64,000 nucleotides of DNA. Origin: a virus. Of the stretch, positions 57,515 through 64,000 are shown piece after piece. The position numbers and the translations under genes were made by a program. The stretch lies in IMG/VR virus record IMGVR_UViG_3300027747_002579, positions 32,001-96,000 of that record; one strand, given 5' to 3'. A model generated the notes under the pieces. That model ran no database searches. It saw only the letters and a program-made list of their open reading frames with translations, and was not told the origin of the DNA. Positions within the stretch are counted from its first letter, which is position 1; the number at the start of each line of letters is the position of its first letter.

Positions 57515-58125
57515 ATGTCTGTACTCCCTTCTATTTCATCTGTTATTGTAATTTTGTTTCCTTCTCTAATAAGCTCTACAAAAGATTCGTAAGTTTTTTG
57601 ATTCAAATATGTTAATGAATTTTGCATAAACGTAAGAGCATTTGATTTTGTCAATACAGATTTTTCTTTCTTCTGTAACACTTCAAATTCTAATGCTTCA
57701 ATCAATTCACTAATTGTATATTCTCCTTCAGATAGAATCTTTTCAAGCTTTTCTTTACATTCATCTTTCTTAGTTCTAAGACTTCTTCCTCCTGAGAAAG
57801 ATTTGTTCTTGTGTGTGAATGTGTCTGTACCTGGATAGGCTTTCCACCATCTGTCAAAAGCATCTTCGCTAGTTTTTCTCCTCTCATAAACAACACCATC
57901 ATTGTCATCCTCTCTATAGAAAGCTAGAAGGTTTTGTCCTTCTAGCATTAACATTTCCTTCTCACTAATTAGTTGTTTTCTTATAATCAATTGACGAAGA
58001 GCTTTAAGTTTTGGTGTGTCACAAAACTTCTTTAAATCCATTTCCTTTTCACACATCTCCAAAAGAAATATCACATCTAATGAATATCCTTTCTCAATAA
58101 TGTTCTTGAATTTTGTTAGATTCAT
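57511..58125 (-). CDS. Putative replication initiator/helicase loader
   Basis: FDRWWKAYP...TYLNQ pattern, directly upstream of DnaB. Confidence 0.5.
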   Translation of the reverse strand: MNLTKFKNIIEKGYSLDVIFLLEMCEKEMDLKKFCDTPKLKALRQLIIRKQLISEKEMLMLEGQNLLAFYREDDNDGVVYERRKTSEDAFDRWWKAYPGTDTFTHKNKSFSGGRSLRTKKDECKEKLEKILSEGEYTISELIEALEFEVLQKKEKSVLTKSNALTFMQNSLTYLNQKTYESFVELIREGNKITITDEIEGSTDI

Positions 58126-58228
58126 GTTCTTCTTGGTTTATGTTAACAATAATTTTTGCAGGACTTCTTCTTAATTCTTCGTAAAACTCTTGTTCTATTC
58201 TTAGAGCTTCTTCCCCAAGAAAAATCAT
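58094..58228 (-). CDS. Hypothetical 44-aa protein
   Basis: Likely start MIFLGEE at 58228 (ATGA overlap). Confidence 0.45.
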   Translation of the reverse strand: MIFLGEEALRIEQEFYEELRRSPAKIIVNINQEEHESNKIQEHY

Positions 58229-58494
58229 TTCTTGGAGGTGGACTCTTTCGTAATCTTCTCTCTTGAAATCTTGCATTTTAATTCTCTTTTATTTTTCACT
58301 TCTATTTTAGTAACAGGAATTCCTATTTTTTGACAATACAATTGTGCAATTTCTACGTCTCCTTCAGAATATGCAATAGCATGTGTTTTGTTTTGTAATT
58401 CGAGAAGCAAAGGCTTTGCATAAACAGTGATGACACTTACGTATTTTCTTCCTTCATGTTTAGGATCGAGATGTTTTAATTGATAAACTTTCAT
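58225..58494 (-). CDS. Hypothetical protein
   Basis: 89 aa, coupled to polB stop. Confidence 0.55.
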   Translation of the reverse strand: MKVYQLKHLDPKHEGRKYVSVITVYAKPLLLELQNKTHAIAYSEGDVEIAQLYCQKIGIPVTKIEVKNKRELKCKISREKITKESTSKK

Positions 58495-58973
58495 TAGAAT
58501 AAATTTAATTGTTGAGGGTTTATTTCTGCTCTTCTTTTCTTTCCTTCTGTTTGTATCTTATGTACAATTCTATTTGCTTTTTCTATGTAATACTGATAAT
58601 CAATGTTGTCTAGAGAATGGTCTTTAGTTAGATGATTACATACGTGCATCACCCATTCACCTGCTTCCACTTGTGAGAGTTCTGCAGCATTAGTTGTGCA
58701 TTCAGGATTTTTCACTTTAAGAAGCTTTTCTCCTTTTTTTGATACATAATACCTAATCAATTTATTGTATACAGTCTTTTCTCCAGATTTTTTATTCACT
58801 CCTTCGTAATGGAAATCTTTTGAAGCTTTCTGTCTAATACAAAAATCAAAAATATTATCATGAGAATGAATGGTGTCAGCAATAGGGATGCCATCCACAT
58901 AATAACGCTTAAGAGCAATAGGAACAATCCTAGCACTTTTGTTCTTGTGTAATTCAAAATCTGTAAGAAAATC
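58494..58973 (-). CDS. polB: Family B DNA polymerase, exon 2
   Basis: DFLTDFELHKNKSARIV...IDYQYYIEKA; joins exon 1 in frame as VKLKG|DFLT. Confidence 0.88.
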   Translation of the reverse strand, partial: DFLTDFELHKNKSARIVPIALKRYYVDGIPIADTIHSHDNIFDFCIRQKASKDFHYEGVNKKSGEKTVYNKLIRYYVSKKGEKLLKVKNPECTTNAAELSQVEAGEWVMHVCNHLTKDHSLDNIDYQYYIEKANRIVHKIQTEGKKRRAEINPQQLNLF

Positions 58974-59101
58974 CAAGTTATTATCATAAAAGCTTTTTAT
59001 CTTTTATTTCTTATGGTACTTTTATTCTCCCATAAGTTTGGCATATATTTTAATCCTATTTCAATATAGGATCTGGACACTCGTGGCAAGATTATATTTA
59101 T

Positions 59102-59878
59102 TCACTTGCTATGCTCTACACTGCTTTTTGACCTTTCGCTATTCAAAAAGTTAGCACGGTATTTAGTAAATCTTTCTTTTTTTCTAGACATGTAAAAATC
59201 TGCATCTTTATAAAGAAAATCATAAAAATTAGTGACATAATTATAGATGTTTTTGTCACGTTCTATGAAAGTAACACCTTTCTTTTTTTCTTGAGAATTA
59301 ATGTGTAATCTAAACAATGATATTTTTCTCAATTGAGAAGGAGAGTATTGTAAATCTTCTTTTATGTAACAATTTATTCCAGAAACAAGTTCATTTAACT
59401 TGTTTTTGAATAATTCTGCAAAAAGATTATTATTAAAAAGTAGTTCTATTTTAGGAAACTTATTTTTAATACAACCATCACCATCCATAAATCCTCTGAA
59501 AAAGTCTCTAAAATATTCATTTGGTATATTGTCTAAATTTACTAAAAAATTAATATCAAAACTTTTTCTATGTAAACTTGACATATATTTTTCTAAATCT
59601 TTAACCATTTTTTCAGATGTCCATTGTATTTTACAAGTTTTATATCCGTCAGCATTTGTAATAATTTGAATATTAGCTTCTGGACACACTTCGTTTTTAA
59701 AAAACTCAAGAATTTCTATATCGCTATCTTTTAAAGAAATTACTATGTGATTTAATTGCTTATTCACTTTTTGACTTATTATTGAACCGTCTGCAATTAA
59801 AAAACCTAATAAATATGCTTTTTTACCATTGTCTATTTTCTCAAAATAATCAAAATTCACCAATTTACCTGTTGCCAT
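59102..59878 (-). CDS. Intron-encoded LAGLIDADG homing endonuclease
   Basis: YLLGFLIADGSI and FFRGFMDGDGCI motifs; likely start MATGK at 59878. Confidence 0.9.
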   Translation of the reverse strand: MATGKLVNFDYFEKIDNGKKAYLLGFLIADGSIISQKVNKQLNHIVISLKDSDIEILEFFKNEVCPEANIQIITNADGYKTCKIQWTSEKMVKDLEKYMSSLHRKSFDINFLVNLDNIPNEYFRDFFRGFMDGDGCIKNKFPKIELLFNNNLFAELFKNKLNELVSGINCYIKEDLQYSPSQLRKISLFRLHINSQEKKKGVTFIERDKNIYNYVTNFYDFLYKDADFYMSRKKERFTKYRANFLNSERSKSSVEHSK

Positions 59879-59892
59879 TTTATTTATTTTTG

Positions 59893-59923
59893 CAAAGATA
59901 ATTGTAAAATTTGACAATTCCAA
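59893..59923 (-). promoter_or_regulatory. Internal Bacteroidota-type promoter for the intron endonuclease
   Basis: TTG-N20-TATCTTTG, 14 nt before ATG 59878. Confidence 0.7.
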
Positions 59924-60009
59924 GAAAAATAGGGATTTGTTATAAAAACTATTCACCGTTTTTGCCCAATTTTCAATCTATATTACTATAGAAAGAGGCA
60001 ATTTTTTTC

Positions 60010-61500
60010 ACCTTTAAGTTTAACTTCGCCATCTGTTTTTATTGCAATATAATCATTCACTGTAGAAAATATCATTTTCTTAAACTCCATTTCTTCTAAT
60101 TCATAAGTTAATTTCATTGAAGTGGAAACTCTCCAATCTTCTTTAATCTTATTAAAAAGTTGTCTTTTTGTTTTAGGAACAATAAATGTAGCACCATCAG
60201 TGTTTGCCATGATGCATTTTATTTGATTCAATTCACATTCTTCTATAAGCATCAATATAGACAATTCTCCTGTAAGACAAGTGGCTAATGTCATTTGTTT
60301 GTCATACAACCAACTTGTCATTTCTGAACTTTTACCATACGGACAATTTCCTGCTTCTTTTAGTCCTGCAACAATTCCTTTAAGTTTCTTATCTTTCTTA
60401 GCTAAAGGTTTTAGTTCAAGTCTTTTGAAATACACTTTACTATATCCTACAAGAAATTCTTTTCCTAAATGAGCTGGATAATACGAATTATTAATAATAC
60501 TTGCTGGATAATATCCACTAACATCTACATCTACTAAATCATTGTCTTCATCAGATTGATAAATTTTACCATTAATTACATTATGTAATCCTCCTTTAGC
60601 AAATGTGTAAGTTTGATTATAGAAATCAATACTTTCAATAAAATCTTCTGTTTGAGAAAGAGTGATGGTTTTTATTCTTGTTAAGAAGTTCTGTAACTGT
60701 TTGGTTTTAAATTTAACATATTTAGGGATACAATTTTTTAGGGCTATTGATTTTCTAAATGTGCCTTTTTTAGGAAGATCTTTGTATTCAATCTTCTTAG
60801 TTTCACAATAATATTTCTTAATAATCTCATCACCAATTTTAGAATTAGAATAGTTTAAACAAGGAATACCAAACTCTTCTTGTATATCCATTCTTAGTTC
60901 TATTTGATTAATTCCTCTATAGAGCGGATGAGTGGTGTCACCAATGGTTATCTTGTAGAATTCATATGTTGCCATAATATCATTCTTACAATAATCTCTG
61001 GTTAGTTGTCTCTCTTCAAAAGTCATGTTCTCTTTGAGATGATGAACAGGCATTTCTTCTATGTTCTCAAGATCCATTTCAAACTCAAGCCTCTTCAATG
61101 ACACTCTACGATTTTTATTGTCGTAGTGATGTATTTTGAACAAGTCGATTTGTTTCAATGTTAAATTGTGTTCACTGTATTCAGGTAACACCTCATAATT
61201 TGCATCATGAATAACATCTGCTGCTTTCTGAGCAATCATCGCTGCTAGTTCTAAAGAACCATAAGAATACCATTCTTCAGCGTTACGAAGAATCCATTCT
61301 ATCACCTGGCTGTCAAATCGTAGATTGTTATATCCCACCCAAAAACAGTCTGAATGAGTTTCTGTAAATGAAATAAACGAATGTAACTCATCTCTCTCAG
61401 CACTAATTTCAAACTCGAAATACATGTCTGTAGAGGGTTCGTAAATTCCTATGAGAAACATCTCCTTGAGAGTTTCTATGTCATACACCAATATCTTCAT
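60010..61500 (-). CDS. polB: Family B DNA polymerase, exon 1 (497 codons; spliced product 656 aa)
   Basis: YDIET, GYNNLRFD, YCKND exonuclease motifs; DVSGYYP, KxxxNxxYG, NTDG polymerase motifs. Confidence 0.92.
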
Positions 61501-61502
61501 GA

Positions 61503-61754
61503 TTAGTTAATTAAATCATCTATAAAAATACCATGTTCTTCTAACGTAATATTAATAAACTCCCGCACTTTGTCTAAAAGTTCATACTGTTTATCTATAG
61601 AACTACTGTCATCATCAAGAGAATTCTCTATTAAATGCTTCATGTTGTGTTTAATTTCCCACAATGCTAGTGCAAGATCTGTAGACTTAGTTGCTCTTAA
61701 ATGGGACATTTGGTCTTCCATTTCATCTAAATTAAATTCTAAAATTGCCTTCAT
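61503..61754 (-). CDS. Hypothetical protein
   Basis: MKAILEFNL..., 83 aa. Confidence 0.65.
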   Translation of the reverse strand: MKAILEFNLDEMEDQMSHLRATKSTDLALALWEIKHNMKHLIENSLDDDSSSIDKQYELLDKVREFINITLEEHGIFIDDLIN

Positions 61755-61756
61755 GT

Positions 61757-61786
61757 TGTTTTGTTTTTGTTTTTGTTTTTGTTTTT
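61757..61786. repeat. Short tandem repeat (TGTTTT)n in 5' leader
   Basis: About 5 imperfect units; reads (AAAAAC)n on the coding strand just upstream of ATG 61754. Confidence 0.6.
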
Positions 61787-61857
61787 ATAAACGGTAATAT
61801 AATACTCAAAATACATATATTTCGTATCATTTATGACACATTACGCCCAAAAAGGTA

Positions 61858-62142
61858 TTATTTTACTGATTTTGTGTAAAAGTCAACACAATGTATATGA
61901 AACATTTGAGTGTAAATATTTTCATTCCAATTGTCCCCATTGCGACAAAGATATTCAAAATGTCCTTCATAATCAGATCCATATTTAGAAACATATGGAT
62001 GAAATCTGATGAGTTTTGCTTGTGGAATTTCTCTATCAGCACCGCAGTATTCATCTAATGCTTTTTGCATGTCTTTAAAATCTGCTACAGCTAATACAGG
62101 ATGACCATTTTCTCTGTCATGTGCTACGTATATTGTATTCAT
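61858..62142 (-). CDS. Hypothetical protein
   Basis: 94 aa. Confidence 0.55.
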   Translation of the reverse strand: MNTIYVAHDRENGHPVLAVADFKDMQKALDEYCGADREIPQAKLIRFHPYVSKYGSDYEGHFEYLCRNGDNWNENIYTQMFHIHCVDFYTKSVK

Positions 62143-62312
62143 TAGTCTATTATTAAATCTAATATAGATTGTTTACACAAATGTATTTCATTTTCTATAG
62201 AGCCACCTTCTTCTATTGCTTCTTCACACAAAGTTACAAAATAAAGTATTTCTTCTTTGTGTTCTGGACAATCTCTTATAATTTCATTTGCCCATTTTTT
62301 TAATTCTTTCAT
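62142..62312 (-). CDS. Hypothetical 56-aa protein (not in ORF track)
   Basis: MKELKKWANEIIRDCPEHKEEI...EEGGSIENEIHLC...; coupled on both sides. Confidence 0.6.
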   Translation of the reverse strand: MKELKKWANEIIRDCPEHKEEILYFVTLCEEAIEEGGSIENEIHLCKQSILDLIID

Positions 62313-62821
62313 TTTGTTTCTTTAAGTGATTTAATAAAATCTTCAAAACTATCAAATGGCTCTAATGACTTCCCATAAGCAAATGCTAATTTCATTTGTT
62401 CCTCTGTATAAAATGTTTCTTTAGCTTTTTCATATCCCTTCTTCCACCAAGATTTCTTATCATCTGCACCAATAGTGGTAGTTTTAAATTCACCAAACTC
62501 ATCAATTAGATGATTTATCAATTCTTTGTTGGCTAATTCATCCACAACGTCTTTCTTGATCAGTTTAGCATAACTTATAATTTCAACATTACCATCAACC
62601 TCTTCCCACAGTCGTTGGCATACAAAATCTACATTTGGATAGGCTCTTATTCTTGATTCTATGTCATCAAACACTAAAGCATCTTTTTCAATTTGTTTTA
62701 CATCATCAGGATGTAATGGAAGATAATTCACTAAAGAATTGTTTCCATCAAGAACATCAATAGGATGTCCTATATATTGCACCATCCATTTATTGTCTAT
62801 TTTTCTTAATATTCCTTTCAT
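62309..62821 (-). CDS. Hypothetical protein
   Basis: 170 aa; LPLHPDD and KETFYTEEQ segments. Confidence 0.6.
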   Translation of the reverse strand: MKGILRKIDNKWMVQYIGHPIDVLDGNNSLVNYLPLHPDDVKQIEKDALVFDDIESRIRAYPNVDFVCQRLWEEVDGNVEIISYAKLIKKDVVDELANKELINHLIDEFGEFKTTTIGADDKKSWWKKGYEKAKETFYTEEQMKLAFAYGKSLEPFDSFEDFIKSLKETK

Positions 62822-62824
62822 AAT

Positions 62825-63034
62825 TTATTTTTTAAATGTTTCAAATTCTCCTTTATAATTCACCGTTAAATTGAACTTCTCACCACAATCGCATTTCACC
62901 TTTGTAATCCAAGATTTGTTTCTATTGATGCGATGGAAGTATTTTTCATCTTTATCAATGTGCAATTTTGTGCAATATGGGCAATTAAAATCAGTTTGTG
63001 CAATATCAATGAAAAAATGCTTAAATTCTATCAT
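62825..63034 (-). CDS. Small zinc-ribbon protein
   Basis: CPYC...CDCG. Confidence 0.6.
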   Translation of the reverse strand: MIEFKHFFIDIAQTDFNCPYCTKLHIDKDEKYFHRINRNKSWITKVKCDCGEKFNLTVNYKGEFETFKK

Positions 63035-63046
63035 ATCTATTTTAAT

Positions 63047-63325
63047 TTAGTCTGTAAATAAAATAATATAATCTTCTGTTAGTTCTTGCGTTTCTGTGAA
63101 TTTTTTAATCCATCCATCGTATTGTAATTTATTCACATTCACTCTAAACACTTTGTTTTGCACCTCAGTTTCTATTTCATCTGGTAAATTCCATGCAATG
63201 TGGTCCAATTCATCTGTAAAAACATTATTAGAATCATTCCAATTATGTTCTGAATTTCTTGCAATGAAATAAACTATTGCATTATTATTAATTGCAAGTG
63301 TGGGGTTTAAATATATTTTAGTCAT
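63047..63325 (-). CDS. Hypothetical protein
   Basis: 92 aa. Confidence 0.55.
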   Translation of the reverse strand: MTKIYLNPTLAINNNAIVYFIARNSEHNWNDSNNVFTDELDHIAWNLPDEIETEVQNKVFRVNVNKLQYDGWIKKFTETQELTEDYIILFTD

Positions 63326-63546
63326 TTATTAAAAGTTTTATTAAAATAATTTTCAGCGTTTGAACATTCTGAAATGTCAAACTCTGCTATAATTGGAAAT
63401 TTACCATCAATTAACCCATCTCTAAATCCTTGGTTGTAAGCATTTTTGATTTGTTGTTTAAACATTTCTGTAGCTTGTAAAAAGTTTACATTTCTATCTA
63501 TTCCTACAGTTAGATAAATGTGTTCTATAAATTCTATTGCTGTCAT
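63322..63546 (-). CDS. Hypothetical protein
   Basis: 74 aa; KQQIKNAY..G...AENYFNKTF pattern. Confidence 0.6.
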   Translation of the reverse strand: MTAIEFIEHIYLTVGIDRNVNFLQATEMFKQQIKNAYNQGFRDGLIDGKFPIIAEFDISECSNAENYFNKTFNK

Positions 63547-63557
63547 ATTATATTTAT

Positions 63558-63749
63558 TTATGAGTATATTCCGTATTCTATTCTATGTAATATTATTTCC
63601 ACTTTCTTTAGTCCTTCTATAGAATCCAATAAATCATTAGGGATGAAATTTCCTAACGCAGGAACAGGTGTTGACAACCAACGTTGAAATTTTTCCTCTT
63701 CATTGTTAAACACCATTAGTCCATATTCCAGCAATTCTTGTTTATTCAT
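63558..63749 (-). CDS. Stand-alone Xre/MbcA/ParS antitoxin C-terminal (toxin-binding) domain protein
   Basis: VF..EEKFQRWLSTPVPALG..IPNDLLDSIEGLKKVEIILHRIEYGIYS matches the DUF2384-type signature as recalled. Confidence 0.8.
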   Translation of the reverse strand: MNKQELLEYGLMVFNNEEEKFQRWLSTPVPALGNFIPNDLLDSIEGLKKVEIILHRIEYGIYS

Positions 63750-63912
63750 TGTCTTTAATTACGTTGTATACAATTGCATAAATTACTACAAATCCCATAG
63801 ATAGTACTATTATAATCCCAATAAGAGGATTATAATATATAGCATAACATAAACAAGTGAGTATACTAAATATTACAATAAGTGCTGCAATTGTCTTTAA
63901 ATGTGTTTTCAT
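63742..63912 (-). CDS. 56-aa two-TM membrane protein (not in ORF track)
   Basis: MKTHLKTIAALIVIFSILTCLCYAIYYNPLIGIIIVLSMGFVVIYAIVYNVIKDNE. Confidence 0.55.
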   Translation of the reverse strand: MKTHLKTIAALIVIFSILTCLCYAIYYNPLIGIIIVLSMGFVVIYAIVYNVIKDNE

Positions 63913-64000
63913 AATTCTTTAGTTTCTTCTTTTATTAATCTATACACTATATAAGCCATTTGTGTGGCTATGATTAATTTTAACATTTCATCTATTGTAA

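Larger units (their letters stand above)
58974..60009 (-). ncRNA. Group I intron (1036 nt) in polB
   Basis: 5' exon ends in U, intron ends in G; P1 AGGU/GCCU with U.G pair; P10 AAAAUU/GAUUUU; P3 UGGGCA/UGUCCA; P4 CGGU/ACCG; P7 GCAUA/UAUGC. Confidence 0.88.

Noticed and set aside
58494-61500. polB as a pseudogene or two-subunit split polymerase
   Set aside because: Precise in-frame rejoining with group I intron hallmarks explains the break
61757-61786. (AAAAAC)n tract as a phase-variation switch
   Set aside because: Lies in a non-coding A-rich leader typical of Bacteroidota translation initiation; no frame or promoter-spacing effect evident
1-64000. Stop-codon reassignment (TAG/TGA), known in some crAss-like phages
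   Set aside because: Genes are full-length in the standard code, and TAG/TGA act as real stops (e.g. 25273, 33077, ATGA overlaps); no suppressor tRNA seen
1-64000. CRISPR array, tRNA genes, DGR/reverse transcriptase, integrase
   Set aside because: No regularly spaced repeats, cloverleafs, RT motifs or recombinase motifs found by eye; intergenic gaps are very short

Overview
This 64 kb AT-rich window is a segment of a lytic crAss-like (Crassvirales-related) phage of a Bacteroidota host. It uses the standard genetic code and has two convergent arms meeting at a terminator hairpin near 34.9 kb. The plus arm (late genes) encodes ejection/cargo proteins, including a 4744-aa virion RNA polymerase polyprotein (YRIP...DFDID) and an 1806-aa ART/zincin/nuclease protein. 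It continues with fibre proteins, a lysis cassette with an amidase, a glycosyltransferase, a Dps-like protein and eight small Lys-rich proteins. The minus arm (replication/early genes) encodes a lectin-glycosyltransferase, PhoH, dUTPase, RecA, class II RNR with an intein, rIIA/rIIB, UDG, primase, helicases, PolB split by a group I intron carrying a LAGLIDADG nuclease, and small early genes. The best candidate for an undescribed system is a virion O-glycosylation module. It consists of an unannotated 44-aa protein (tail-fibre N-terminal segment plus a Ser/Thr mucin-like tail), the neighbouring peptide O-glycosyltransferase-like gene, and a lectin-GT fusion. Other highlights are a shared xxxGG motif linking a cargo protein to the basic microproteins, a stand-alone Xre/MbcA/ParS antitoxin domain, and an HNH gene that appears to have captured the start of its host gene. 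All family calls are by-eye motif recognition; no database searches were run.
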